Part shown: piece after piece, positions 1 to 16,698 of the stretch
Numbering within the stretch: the first letter of the stretch is position 1
Layout: every line of letters begins with the position of its first letter
From: the human T2T-CHM13v2.0 reference genome, Homo sapiens
Direction: 5' to 3' (one strand)
Length of the DNA: 64,000 nt
Assembly (NCBI RefSeq): GCF_009914755.1
Contig: NC_060944.1
Made by a program: the position numbers and the translations under genes
Notes under the pieces: generated by a model
What the model was told of the DNA's origin: nothing
Seen by the model: the letters and a program-made list of their open reading frames with translations, nothing else
The model's database searches: none

Positions 1-339
1 AGATCTGAGATTTACCCCCCACTAACCAGGCCCACTGAGTACAGTGTGGAGCACTGCTGGGTCTCAGCTTGGAGGTCTGCTCTGCCTGACTCCCCAGGTG
101 GCAAGATCATCCCCCCGTTCCCCTCCTCTTCTATGCTTAGGCTGTGATTTCTCATGGGCTCACCTCTCATACCCTCCTGTTTTCTTTCTCTCATGTCTGT
201 CTCTCAACTGGTTCTTGTTCTTGCCTTTTTTTCTGATCTTTTACGTATATCTGCAAACCTCACTCTGCTTCCTCATTTGTTGCTGATGCAGAAAGAATGC
301 AAAGGATTATTTATTTAGCTTGTATTTTGGCACCATTAT

Positions 340-620
340 GGATGACTTTGATGTTGCTTTGGACAACCATCCAGCACCCTGGCTTCGTAGTTTTTTTTGA
401 CCCTGTCAACTCCAATGACCTCCACCCCCTTACCCCTTCAGTTCGTGCCTGCGGACACATTCTAGACTTTGTCATCACCCACAACTTACCCGTCTCGAAA
501 ATATTAAACTTTCTGGTGACAGCTCCTGTGTTCTTCATTCTCTAATTCCACTCTGCCTTCTCTTTAGCATCACTAAGATCTCTAGTTCTTTCTGTCTCCA
601 TTTCCTACCAAAATGCTTGC
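340..620 (+). mobile_element. L2 LINE ORF2 remnant
   Basis: Translation NDLHP...GHILDFVIT resembles the L2/CR1 endonuclease GHTLDLVIT motif. Confidence 0.55.
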
Positions 621-714
621 CCTTTGCTTGGTCTGTTTCTTTTCTAACTGGCCAAGATCCCCTGACTCATGTCAAATATGTCCCTGCCCATGCGTCCTTT
701 GTCCCTCTGCTGCC

Positions 715-1200
<486 letters not shown>

Positions 1201-1429
1201 TAGAATTCAATCCAATTGAATTCACTCTTGGCTATTATATTTGGGGTGCTGATGGTTCCCTGTGAATTTCTGGTTTCTAACATTCTCTGGACCCTCATTG
1301 TTACTGTCCAATCTTTTATTTTTTTATTTGTTTGTTTTTGTTTTTTGCTGTCCAGTCTTTTAAATGGGTGCTACATTGGGTCAGTAGTTCTAGACATTTT
1401 AGTGTCCTGACACATTTACAATCCCCCCT

Positions 1430-1525
1430 TTATTTTTGAGACAGGGTCTTGCTTTGTTGTGATCCTCTCACCTCGGGGCATCCCAAAGTGCTGGGATTAC
1501 AGACATGAGCTACTGTACCTGGCCT
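1430..1525 (-). mobile_element. FLAM/Alu monomer fragment
   Basis: GAGACAGGGTCTTG...CCCAAAGTGCTGGGATTACAG with an internal deletion. Confidence 0.75.
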
Positions 1526-1895
1526 ACAAATCTTATTGAAGTTATAGGCCTCTCCCCAGAAGAGTGTCCTTGCATATACATTCCACTGACAATTTTAGAA
1601 GTCCATGTACTCCATAAGCCCAGTCAAGAGCCCATAAATTAGACAAATTCTGCAAACATATTCAACTTTTTGGCCTAAGAATTACTAATCTCATCTTGCC
1701 TTCAACCCATACACCAACATTTTTCACATCAGGGGCACAGAGGGTAAGGGGCAGAGTTCGGGAGCTCAATTGTGGAAACAGAGATATGAATGAAGATGAG
1801 GCAGGTCTTGTTCATTCTCTCTAAGGTGTATAATAGCATTAAAAAATCTTTCTTCCTTAGTCACTTCCCAAGAGTGTTGAATTGGAAAATGTGGG

Positions 1896-2773
1896 TGTAT
1901 TATCTTCTGCTGGGCAAAAAAAAAAAACAAAAACAAAAGCAAAAAACACTCAAAACCTAGTGGCTTAAAACAACAATAAATATTTATTACCTCTCACAGT
2001 TTCTATAAGTTGTGAGTTCAAGAGTGGCTTAGCTGTATGGTTCTGCTTTGGGTCTCTCATAAGTTTGCAGTCAAGATGTCAGCTGTCTTCTGAAGGCCTG
2101 CCTGGGACTGAGGGTCTGCTTTGAAGGTGGCTTACTTACCTGGATAGCAAATTGGTTCTGGATGTTGTCAAAAGGCCTCAATCCCTCCTCACATGGATTT
2201 CACTCTAGGGCACCTGAGTGTCCTCACAACATGGTGACTGGCTTCCCCCAAAGCAAGCGATCCAAGAGAGAGCAAGGTAGAAACTGCAATATCATTTATG
2301 AGATAGCTTTGGGAGTCACATCTCATTATTTCTACAATGTCTCATAAGCTTTTTTTTTCTTCTTAAGCGGCAGGATATTGCTGTGTTGCCCCTACTGGAC
2401 AGCAGTGGCTCCATCATAGCTTATTGTAACCTCAAGCTCCTGGCCTCAAGTGATCCTCCTGCCTCAGCCTCCTGAGTAGCTGGGACTACAGGTGCACACC
2501 ACCATGCCTGGATAATTTTTTCTTTCTTTCTTTTTTATTGTTGGTAGAGATGGGGGTCTTGCTATGTTGCACAGGTGGGTCTTGAACTCCTGGCCTCAAG
2601 CAATCCTCCTGCCTCAGCCTCCCAAAGTGCAGGGATTACAGGCGTGAGCCACTGTACTCAGCCATATCCTGTTGCTTACACAGGTCAGTCCTGGTCAGTG
2701 TGAAAGGGGACTACCCAAAGGCATAGATACCAGGAGAGGAGAATCACTGGGGCCATCTTGGACACCGGCTACA
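1896..2773. mobile_element. MLT1-family MaLR LTR, interrupted by an AluJ
   Basis: AGTGGCTTAAAACAACAA...CTCACAGTTTCT...GGGGCCATCTTG signature on both sides of the Alu. Confidence 0.7.
2349..2663 (-). mobile_element. AluJ
   Basis: Diverged antisense Alu dimer. Confidence 0.88.
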
Positions 2774-2994
2774 ATTATGGGAGATATTCCCAGTGGGGAA
2801 ACCGTGATATTTGTGTATAAGTTATTCATAAGTTGAGACTTTCTCAGTCACCTCTGCCTATGCTTTTGAGGGCATCTATTAGTCTTCAATTGTTCATTTT
2901 ACTTTGCATTCCAACACACAAGGTTAGCTAGCAAAGCATATTTTTCTTCTGTTACAAGTGCAGGTGTGTAAGTTATCACTACATTGGGAGTAAT

Positions 2995-3245
2995 GAAAAC
3001 AGCCATCCTTTATGTAGCAGTTACTAAGTGCCGGGCACTCTCATAAGCACTTTATATATATATTAATTCATTTAGCCATTAAAGAACCCTATGAGGTAGA
3101 AGTTATCCTTGCCCCCATTTTACAGATGAGAAAACGGAGACACACAAAAGCAAAGTAACTTCTGCAATGCCCCACAGCTAGCAAGTGCCAAAGGAGGGAT
3201 TGAACCATAGCAGTCTAGAGAGTCTGTGCTCTTAATCACCACTCT
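2995..3245 (-). mobile_element. MIR
   Basis: MIR core CCCATTTTACAGATGAGAAAACGGAG. Confidence 0.85.
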
Positions 3246-3289
3246 TGACCACCAGCAGAAGGGGTTGTAGATGGTGTGGAATGTAGACG

Positions 3290-3640
3290 TACCCAAGTTC
3301 TCCTGGGGGCATTCAGAGAGAGTCAGTGACTGAGAGCCAGAGAGTGTCGACATCAAGGGCAGAGCATGGGAAGGAGATGAGAAGAGGCAAACTAAGAGGC
3401 AGGAAAAGAAGCAGGAGATGGGTGTGTGCTGGAAGTCAGATGTGAGAGGAGCAAATGTGGGCAAGAGCGAGCGGCCCAGGCCACAGAGTCGGTGAGCAGA
3501 ATGAGGATGACATCGGAGGTCCTGGATGAAGCAGTTTGGTGGAGTGACGTGTGGCAGCCAGGTTAAAGTGGGTTGGAAGTGGATGGGAGGTGAAGTGGCA
3601 GGTGGACCACTCTTGGGACAGCCCAGCTGTGAATGATGGG
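3290..3640 (-). mobile_element. L2 fragment
   Basis: Purine-rich L2-like sequence (GCAGTTTGGTGGAGTGA...GGAGGTGAAGTGG). Confidence 0.5.
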
Positions 3641-4535
3641 GGAGGCATGGGGTGAGTGGAGGGAGAGAGAAAGGGCCCCCCAGCCAGCAGGAGATGGGGA
3701 TCCAGGAGAGATCCCAGCCTGAACCCAGGCCTCTCACCCAGGCCAAGCCGAGCAGAATCTGTTCTTCCGAGAAGGAAGCTCCCATCACAGTAAGTGCCAA
3801 ATGAGGCCTGAAGACGCAAATATTTGTTCGGCTTCTGCCCTTCTTGTTCAAATAGGGCATTCTCTTTGGGGATGGAGGTTGGCTGCTGCAGCGAAGAAGT
3901 GAGAAGTCAGTAAGGGTGGGAGGGTGTAAAGGAGGAGCAAGTGCTCTGGGGGCCACTAATGAATTCCCCAGGCTCCTGAGCCACTGGAATCCATTAGCTC
4001 ATGAAAGCAGCTAAATAATACCCCGGCTGCTTTATGAGACATCTGTTCAAATAAAGCCTACCTTTCTCCTCAAGATCAGACTTCATCCCACTCCCTGGTG
4101 CCCATCCTGCTCTGTCTGACTGCGGCTGAATCAGGGGTTGTATGATACTGCCTCTCTGCACCCCCGCTACAAGACTGTGTGTTATTGTGTGAGGGTGTGT
4201 GGTTATGCCATGACCGTATATTACTCTGGAGCTATGCTCTGTGTGGGTTTCTTTTTGCCAGTGTATAGGAGTCCACTCATCGACTGAATTACTCTGTGTT
4301 TGTGTGTGTGTACACATATGTGTTTGTGACACTGTCTCGCTGTGCAGCTGTATTATGTGGTTTGTGACTGTGTTACCCTAAGGCTACATGTCTGGGATCT
4401 TGTGTTGCTCTAAGAGTTTCTTTCTGTGCTGTGACAATTTTTGCCTGTGTGTTATCGTGATACAGCACATTACTGTATGTAATTTGGTGGTCCACTGTGA
4501 GAGGCCACCTCTGTGTGTGTGTGTTCATGTGCACA

Positions 4536-5067
<532 letters not shown>

Positions 5068-5470
5068 CACACACACTGTAAATTTATCAGTGACTTCGCA
5101 CGTGGCTATATTACGCTGTCTGGTGTACAAAGGTACACGTAAATGATGTGCCTGTGTGTTACTCTGCAAATTGGGTATTGTGCTACACACAGTGAAGTCA
5201 TGGGACACTGTGTTTTAGTGGGACACTTTGTTGTGACTGCTTGTGTGCACAGAAGGACCTAAATCTCTGACTTCCCCTCCCAGTGGACCAGGACCATTCT
5301 GAGGAGCACCTGGACAGATGTGGCGAATGTGAATGATGGTATGTAGGATGGGCACCACTTCTCAACTGTTGGATAAAGGTCTAAGCCTTAAATCTCAGAA
5401 AGGATCAGTCCAGGGCAGAGGCAACACCCAAGAGGCAGCCAGTCCAGTAGCTGGGCAAAAGAAGGAGCCT

Positions 5471-5806
<336 letters not shown>

Positions 5807-5919
5807 TCAGCTGGTAGCATCCAAGCCCAAGGAGGCAGGTGGACAGGTGGGGGCAAGGGCAGAACCTGGGATTCCAGAACCTGCAAATCCCTGCTGTGTC
5901 CATGATGCAGGGGGGTTAG

Positions 5920-6078
5920 ACTAGCAACATCCACATGCATCAGAAGCACTGGGGAATTTTATCTAAATGGACCACAACCAAAGATTCTGATTTACTAGGG
6001 CTGGAGCAGGGCCCTGGGGTCTACATTTATACCAAGACTCCTGGCTAGTCAGGGGACCTCACTTTAAGAAACACTGGA
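5920..6078. mobile_element. MER5-like hAT-Charlie MITE
   Basis: CATCAGAA..CACTGGGG...GATTCTGATT...CACTTTAAGAAACACTG. Confidence 0.6.
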
Positions 6079-7309
6079 TCCCAGGCTCCACAAGGAAAAG
6101 GTGAGAAACATGAGGCACAGTAAGAATCTAGAGGGGGAAAGGAAGAAAACAAGAGAGAAAAAAAGGAGAAAGGGAAGAGGAGATGGAGAAAGTGATGTGG
6201 CGGGCATCGTTGGTGCCCTGCCCATATCTCCTGAGCACTGGTCACTCTAGTTTGCACCCTGAGTCCTATGGGTTCTTCACTTGAGGACTCTTGGATTCTC
6301 TCTCTCTCTCCCTCTCTCTCCGCATCCCCCCACTGGAATCATCTGCAAAATCAGCTATTAGCACTCACATTGTTGTCTCAGTGTTGGCTTTTCAGGAATC
6401 TTAAGACAGGCGAGGGAAGAAATCCAAAAACTCCTCAGCCTGAAGCATCCAGCTGACCAGCAGGAGCAACAACAAGGGTGTGGGGTGGGGCTGCCAGGCT
6501 GCTCCTCCCATTGGCTGTTTGAGCTTCTTCCCCACTTCGGGAGGTTGCAGCTACTTATTCAGGTGATGGCTCTCTCAGTAGACCTGCTTCCTCTCTGGTC
6601 TTTTGGATGCCTGATCATTTTAATTGATTGTCAGAAGTCTCCACTTCCAAAGCATTGTTCTTGAGGCCACAGGCTGTTGCCGCCATGCCTGGCAGCCAGC
6701 AGTTCCACTCAAAGGCCCCTTAGCCCCGGCCAGGGGAGGTAACAGCTGGCCTGGGCAGAATCTGCCGAAACCCCCGCCCGGCAACTCCAGTTCTGGAGGC
6801 CTCTTTCCAGTGCCATCTGGATGGAATTCCTCTGCTCAGACTGTGTTTGGAGCAATGTCGGCATGGTCAGGTGTTGCTGCTCTTTGATAAACCCAGCCTG
6901 TCTCCCTTGGGCAGCCCCACCATCTGCTTTGTCTATTTCCTGCAGGAATGTACTGCATGAATAAAGACCCCTCTGTGGTGGGACCCAGCTGCCCGAAGGT
7001 CAGCCCCTGTGAATAGAGAGCCTGGGCTTTGTTCAGGGGTCAGTTTGATGACAGCCTCTGACAAGTGCCCAGCACTTCCCAGTGTATAAAGCACCATTCC
7101 AGCCTTTCCCCCAGTGCTGGAAGGTGGGGATTTTGGGTCTGACCCATGGGTCCATGGATCTTCACTACAATAGCAAATGAATTTCATTTTGAATGGTGAC
7201 CCGATGATGGGTAGCTACCCAGGGCCCCACAGTGAGGATTCTGAAGCTGTCTGGACCCAGAAGAAAAGATTGTGAAGTGACTTGACGCAATGTCCTGGAG
7301 CCTGGAGTG

Positions 7310-7820
7310 GGGAACGGTAGCAGACTGCTGATGCCCTCAGCCACCTCCAAGTTCTTCTCAGGCCTGGGTGGACAGTCCCAGGGCCTGCTAGCAGCTGCCC
7401 ATCTTGGATCCTCACTTCATCCTTCTCAGCCTGAGGTCTTCCTCTGGTGCCATGAGAGCTAGTGCAGTCCACTCACAGGGCAACCTGGAAGTGCCAGAGA
7501 TTTTAACAACCCCGCCCCCAGGGTGAGGGCAACCTCAACCTATGAGGGATGGTTGGTCAGTGGCTAAAGGATCCAGGTTCTCTGCCCCTTGCTGGGCCAA
7601 TTCTGAGGCACATTCTGCAATATTGCTCAGAGTCTCCAATGTGATTGAGCCCCAGTTGCCCACAGCAGTGACTCGCTCATTAGTGCACCTTGACTGGCTA
7701 TATTCCCCCTCCCCTGCCCGGTCTCCCTTTCCTACTCCCTCACCATTCTTTCTGCCATCACCTCACAAACAAACCACCTCCACTCAAGTCCTGGCTTTGG
7801 GGGGAACCCAAACTAGAGCA
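7310..7820 (+). mobile_element. LTR16-family (ERVL) solo LTR
   Basis: GGGCAACCTGGAAGTGCC...GATTGAGCCCCAGTTGCCCACAGC...GGGGAACCCAAACTA. Confidence 0.65.
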
Positions 7821-7959
7821 AGAGTGATGGCAAATGTGTCCACCTCCCACCCCATAGTGGGCAGTGACAGTATTTAGTAGCATTGACCTTTTGCCAGCAC
7901 TAGGAACTAAGGTTGGGAAATGGGGAAATGAGGCCAATGGGTCGGGACCATAGCCTTTG

Positions 7960-8276
<317 letters not shown>

Positions 8277-9159
8277 TAGCCTTTGAAAGGCCCCATCTGC
8301 TGGGGCTGGTGGACACCCACATCGGTAGCATCAGGAACATACTGTGTAGTACAGAGCAGGGGGCTGTGGAGAAGGATGCACGTGCCTCCACATGGAGAGG
8401 CCAACGGAGGCTTTCTGGAGGGGATCAAGTGGGCTGAGACTTACTTTGGATGGGAATCAGTCCTTGGCCTTTGTGTCCATGAAGTGTCAGCTCTTCTTCC
8501 AGGAGGGCTGTCATCACCTCCTACTTCCTGGACTGGATGGCTTTCCCCTTGCATTGGCTGCTACGGCACCTGAACCTCTCTTTTGTGGCACCCCATGGCC
8601 AGGGGGCTATTTGCTGGATTATTTGACCAAATGTCTAGCTCCCTGACTAGATTACAAGCTTCATGTGGGCAGGGACTAGGCCTGGTTTTGTTGACTTGTC
8701 AGTTCCCAGCACCAAGTGCACCTCCCTCCTGTGTCCCCTCTGCCATTGCTCTGGCCCCAACTTCATTGCCTGTCATTTGGATAATTGTACTAGTCTCCTC
8801 ACTGGTCTCCTTGCACCTAAAAGCCACCCTGAAGGGACTGCTGTGTCAGCCCTGCTTTCCCAACCCCCAGCAGCTATGGTCAGTCCCCCTCCTCTGTGCA
8901 GAGGGGCCAATTCTGACCCAGATCAAAAGGTCTGGGGAACTCCGCTTCCACCCACGGGACCAGAATGTAAGAAATGGGATTATTTCAACTGCGTGAATTG
9001 TTCCCAGACACCCCAGTAAGTCCTGACACCTTCATCACCCACTGAGCCACAGCCTTGCCCCAGTAGTGTCCCAGTGTACAAGTTGGGGAGCTGAGTCGGA
9101 GCTGCCTCCTTTTGAGTTTCCTTCTCCTTGGATTTCTCCTCCTCCAGGAAGCTGTGTTA

Positions 9160-9650
9160 GATGCCTCCTTGGCTGCACCAAGAAGGTAGTATTTGAGTAA
9201 AAACTGAAGGGGTGAGGGAGTGAGCCATGTGGATGCTGGAGGAGAGGGTTCTAGGCAGGGGGATAGTCAGTGCCAATTCCTGAAGCAGGAAGAGAACCAG
9301 AATGACAAGTAGCAGCAAGCTGGGTATGAAGAGAAAGATAAGAAATGAGGTCAGAGTAGGGGAGGCAGATCCCACAAGGCCTGGTGGGCCACCCTGAAGG
9401 TCTTTGGCCATTGCTCTGAATGAGATGGGAGCCACTGAAGGTCTTTGAGCAGGGGAGGCCAGGATCTGACCCATGTCATAACAGCCTCACTCCAGATTCT
9501 GTATTGTGTGGAGATTGCAGGAGGGGTTGGGGCAAAAGCAGGGAGTCCAGACTGGAGACATTGGCCAGAATTCAGCTAAGAGATGCTGGTGTTAGTAACA
9601 TGATGGGGGTGATAATGACATGAACTGACCAAAATCTAGATCACAGATTC
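9160..9650 (-). mobile_element. L2 fragment
   Basis: GAGTGAGCCATGTGGAT...GATGGGAGCCACTGAAGG L2 signature. Confidence 0.75.
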
Positions 9651-10554
9651 ATGGAGTATAAAAAGCTGACTTTCCCAGGCCCGTCTTTTCCTGGGGGCAG
9701 TCTCCCTTTGGCCCGATGCCCTGGCCCACCCTATATGGTGGGTTGATGGCACTGTCACTCCTGCAAACCCTGCTCCTGTCCTCACTCCACCACCCTGCTG
9801 CATGCCCTGGAGGAGACTTCTGGGACACTGAGCCCCTGCCCATCAGGCCCTTCCAGATCTGAAGTGTCTGGCCCTGTAGCAGCCCAGCTCCCAAATTCTC
9901 ACCCCTCCTCTTCTTTAACCTTAGCTGCCTGACCCCCTTATGGACAGGAGTCCCTGCTCCCCTCTCCGGCCTGCCCCAGGCTCCAGCCACATCAAAAGGC
10001 TTGCAGTTGCAGTTGCCCAAATGCACCAGGTCTTTCCCATCTCTGGACCTTGCTAGAATGCCCCTCCTTCACCCTTTTTATCTAAACAACTCCTTCTATT
10101 TCCTCAAGACTCAACCCAAGTGTCATCCCTTCCAAGAACTCTTCTGAGGCCCCTTCAAATTGGGACATCCCTTTCCCCTATTCTCTTAGCCACAACACTT
10201 TCTCTGGGGAACTATGTCTCCCTCACATAACTCTACACCTAAGCTACCTGAAGTGAGCCCACCTCCATGAACTTGCTCCAGTCCGTGGCTCCCTATGCCT
10301 GATGTTTAGAACACAATGCAACTTTATCTTACCTTCCAGCTCTATCTTCCACACATGCCTTCTGCCTTCTCCAGCTCCTACCACACTTGACATCCCCCAC
10401 TCCTTCGCCATGAGTTTTCCCCTTTCAGTGGATGAGAAGTGGCCCAGGATGTTCCCAGTGACACATTAGCATGTGCCCTATGCAGAGGGGCAGGATGGAC
10501 TTTCAGATGCCTGGGGGATGACAACGAGGCACATGCCTGGGAGTGAGATGAGGC

Positions 10555-11110
<556 letters not shown>

Positions 11111-12419
11111 AAGCATCACCAAATTGCCATAATCATTGTCACGAAACAGATCAAACAGAAAACCTCTGCCATTTTTCTAACCATAGCAGTGACAGGGGAA
11201 TGTACTTTTTGCTCAGACCTGACAGTGCCTGGCTTGTCAGGATAATTCAGGATCCTCCAAGACCCAGCTCTGGGTGGTTCATGACTAGTCAGTTGCAGTT
11301 TGACAATTTTGTATTGAGGACCTGAGTCATAGAGGTCCAGGGCTGATGAGACGGTTGTTCTCTGTGGCCCAAGACAGGGCCATGGGAGACCTTGGCCTTA
11401 GGGTTGCAGAGGAAAAGCCTCCAACTTCAGCCTTTCTCTCAGGTGTCCTCATCAGAACAATTCTCAGTGGCAGAATTTTCAGGACATCAGCCTTGTCCAA
11501 AATGCAAGTTCCAAGGTGATGGAGGATGTGAGTCCAGACATCCCTCAACCAGCAATGGCAGAGCAGATGGGTGTTCCACACAGGCAAGGGGGCTCAACTG
11601 CAGACCTCTGGGGCCAGATATATCCCATTGTCCCCTTTGAGCTCCCTGCCAGTTCTGCTCAGGACCACTCCAGGTCTTAAGTACGTAGCAGCTTCTTGGG
11701 GTCCTTTAATTCCCCTCTCAAGTCCAGGCCAATCTTCCAACTTTTGGTGCAGGAAGGACTCTGTAAGCTCTGGTTTCGATTGGGTAAATTTACACCTGTA
11801 TCCTATGGGTCCTTGTAAGTCTCTAGTTTGAGATTCCATATTTGCTTCCAATACCAGAGGTGTCAATTAACCCTGAGCATTCATCTCCAACCCAGAAGGA
11901 CTGAAGACAGCATGACCAGTCCATGGCATTCTGTCCTCCTGTGTCCAGGGGAGACGTCACTAAGTAATCATGATATTCCCTCCCACTAAGGATACACTCA
12001 TCATCAGAATCCAGGGCTCCTGCGAGCCACTGCCAAATGATTGGGAACCCTATTTGCATTTGAGCAAATGTTTTGGGGCCCAGATGATAGCAATGGTGTT
12101 GGTAATGGTGGTGACAGTAATGATGGTGACAGTGATGATGATCCTATTTGCAGATGAACTTTGTGGTTTGAGGCTTGCAAAGTCCTGTCAGCTATATGGC
12201 TCCACAACTCATTCCTACAACTGTCAAAGACAGGTAATTGTATTATTCAGTATTCAGGCCTCTTTAGGTTTTAAGTAACAGAGTATTTTTTATCTCAATC
12301 ATGTCTACACCTGGGTCACCTCTCAGGGTGGGGTGGGGGAGGGGGCAGATGATTCTCCAAAATAATGGATTCTAGGGGTACAAAAAGCACAAATCCACAA
12401 GAGTATAATTGCCCCCACC

Positions 12420-12560
12420 TCACCATTTTATAGAAGAGAAAAGTGGTTGTTCAGAGATGCCAGGTGCCCTGCCCAAAGTCACACAGCCAGTGAGTGGAAA
12501 AGCCAGGACTAATACCCAGGGTTCTGAAGCTTTGAGTTCAGGATGCTTTTCTCATCCCTA
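12420..12560 (-). mobile_element. MIR
   Basis: CCATTTTATAGAAGAG...GCCCAAAGTCACACAGCCAGTGAGTGG. Confidence 0.7.
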
Positions 12561-13183
12561 GCACTGCTTCTCAGAGGCTAAAGCAAAGTTACCCTCGCTA
12601 CCTCCAAGACAGCCCCCACAGCAGAGCATTCTGAGGGCGTCTTTAGTAACACTGGTGAGGACCTCGATGTGGACAGATGGGGCTTCTACTGCTGCCAGTT
12701 CCGTCCCAAACTGGCCTGGGTACAGATTCAGAGGGGACAGTGGGGGCAGGGCAAGCAGGGACTCTCCTCTCCCAGTCATCAGCCGGCCCAGGCCCAGGCG
12801 CAAGCTGTCCTGCGTCCTCCCAGCTAGGCAACAGCAGGAGTCCAAACAGGCAATTAATTACTGCCTGGCTGCTGCCGGCTCTCCTCCTCCCTTGCTCAGC
12901 CAAGTGTGTAATGAAATGGAACCAAAACAGACTCCCCTGCCCAGAGGGACCCTGGCATGCCCAACAGAGGATGAGCTCCAGGGAAGCAGGGAAGGGGCCT
13001 GAGACGCAGAGGTGAGTTTATTAACACAATGAGCTTCCCTGAACCCTTCTCCCTCACCTTTCCCTGCCTGTTGGCTGCAAAAGCAGTCTTTACAGACAGC
13101 ACTGTGATCCCAAGTGATCCCTCCCTGGCAGCCTGAGTATAGTGGTATTGTTGGTATTAATCTTATAATATTAATAACAGTGA

Positions 13184-13519
<336 letters not shown>

Positions 13520-13624
13520 GGCATTATCTCTTCAAATCCTCAAATCAGGCTTTGATGTACTTTTTATGCCTATGTTACCAATGAGAAAGGCGGAGACACA
13601 GAGAGGTGGAATGGGCCCTAAGGG

Positions 13625-13860
13625 GGTGATGTAATGTAGTGGTCAGAGCACAGGCTCTGGAACCAGATAGAACCATTTAGGTCACTTACTAGCCATTTGG
13701 CCTAGGCAAGTTACTTAACTTCCCTGTGACTCAGTTTCCTCCTCTGCAAAGTGGTGCTGACGGTTGTATCTACCTTGTAAGGTCACTAGGACAGTGTTTG
13801 ACGTGAAGCCCGATCCATGGTAGCTCTGTGGCTTCAGAGGGTAGGTGCTGTTATCCTTGT
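13625..13860 (+). mobile_element. MIR
   Basis: GTAGTGGTCAGAGCACAGGCTCTGG...GGCAAGTTACTTAAC...CTCAGTTTCCT. Confidence 0.82.
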
Positions 13861-14198
13861 TCTACTATTTTACATTAAAATAGTAAATGATTCAGTGCAT
13901 AAAGTACACCCTATGCACATGACAAACATCACAAGTGACTAAGAAACTTTTCATCCACAAAATTTCAGGCCCATTCTGAATCCTCTCACTCTGGCTTCTG
14001 CATGCCTTGCCAGGTAGCAAGTTCAGCTGGGCATCATCTTCTGTTCTTTGTATTAAGGACGTAATGGGAGTTTTTGTTTGTTCCTGGAAGAGCCATGGAC
14101 ATTCTGATGGTGAATATTCTTTTATAAAACTTAGACACACTTCCCTGCAAGAGATCCTTAGGTGTTCCCCAACCTAGTTCCAAAAATCACTGCCCCTA

Positions 14199-14588
<390 letters not shown>

Positions 14589-15207
14589 TCACTGCCCCAG
14601 ACTGGGGGAAATTGATCCTCCCTAGACATCCAGATGGGCAGGCTGGCCAGTGTGGGGCCAAAAGGAAGAAAAAAAATCCAACTGAGACTAACGGCATCGA
14701 AAAGGCAAGGTACAGACCTAAAATGAGTCAGGAACTGCCCCCTCACTCATTCATGCCCCCTGTCTCCCCACAGCCTCTGAGCCCTGGGGAAGGGGTAGCT
14801 GGGTTAATTTATTTCTGTAGCACCAGCACCTGGCAAAGGGCCCAGCACAAAGCAGGAGATTGGTGAATGCTGAATAAAGGAACCAGCAAATGAATGAATG
14901 AATGGCATAGCTATTTGGGGAAAGATATAGAGTATAAAGCTATAGAGAAAAGAAGAAAGGAGAAATACAGTGCTGTCCATTCTCAGCTCCTTACAAGTGC
15001 TGAATAATCTCTACATTCTGCTGTGAAAGATCTAGAAAGACATATTGCTAAGTGAAAAAAAGAGCTAAGTATACAACAGGGTGTGGAATCCTTTATCTTT
15101 GTGTTAAAAAACAGAACAATAAGAATATACATGTGTATTTGCTTATATATTAATAGTTGTACTTGTGGTATAGGCAGATAAGAGGCAACTTAAGAAACCA
15201 GTCACTG

Positions 15208-15492
15208 GCCTGTAATCCCAGCACTTTGGGAGGCTGAGATGGGTGGACCACCTGAGGTCAGGAGTTCAAGACCAGCCTGGCCAACATGATGAAACCCCAT
15301 CTCTACTAAAAATACAAAAAATTAGCCAGGCATGGTGGAATGCAGCTGTAATCTCAGCTACTCAGGAGGCTGAGGCAGGAGAATCCTTGAACCCAGGAGA
15401 CAGAGGTTGCAGTGAGCCAAGATCATGCACTGCACTCCAGCCTGGGTGACAAGAGCGAAACTCCGTCTCAACAATAACAACAACAACAACAA
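15208..15492 (+). mobile_element. 5'-truncated AluS inside an old L1 3' fragment
   Basis: TSD AAACCAGTCACTG at 15195-15207 / 15493-15505; (CAA)n tail. Confidence 0.9.
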
Positions 15493-16129
15493 AAACCAGT
15501 CACTGTGTTAGGGACAGTCAGAACATGGGGGGATGGGAAAGAGGAGTTACAGGGAGACTTCACCCTATATGCCCTTTATATATTTTGTAAATTTCTAAAT
15601 CATGTGAAGTTAAAAAATAAATCAAGAAAAGGAAAACAAAAAAATAGAAAATTTCTGCTCCAAGAAAATGTTGAGTAAGATCTACCTGGCTTAATGGCTG
15701 AGGAGGGAAGGGAGCGTGCAGTGAATACCTAGTTACAGCCCATCTTCTCAAGGAGTCAGTATAATTAAGGGCTTGGAGTTCTCCAACCTATTGATCTTGG
15801 ACCAGAAAACATTAGATGAATTCCCAGGGGCCTCGAGCTTTCCGAAGTTGTTTCTCTAAATTCCACATCTCTCTTGTTGATAGCCGGTAGCCTCTGAACG
15901 CTCCCACGATGGCTGAGGGGTACAGTTGGTGTGGGCTATTGGGACTAGAGACGTTAGGAAAGACCTCATAGAGGGGCTGGAGACTACCCTGGGGTGGAAG
16001 GGGAAGAGAAGCCTAAAGGCCTGGATACAAAAGGCAAAGGAGGCAACAAAAACAACAACAACAAACAAACAAAAAAAAAAAGAAAGAAAGAAAAGAAAAA
16101 GCAATATTGTCCCTGCTTTCTCCTTGTCA

Positions 16130-16698
<569 letters not shown>

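Noticed and set aside
3120-3956. 278-aa minus-strand ORF
   Set aside because: Overlies MIR and L2 remnants; low-complexity P/S/L/C translation with no recognisable domain.
5304-5318. RE1/NRSE-like AGCACC-T-GGACAG (also AGCACC-A-GGATAG near 19543)
   Set aside because: 1-bp spacer instead of the canonical 2 bp; no canonical REST site found by eye.
11344-11420. CTGATGA hammerhead-like core
   Set aside because: No stem II followed by GAAA and no stem I/III pairing found.
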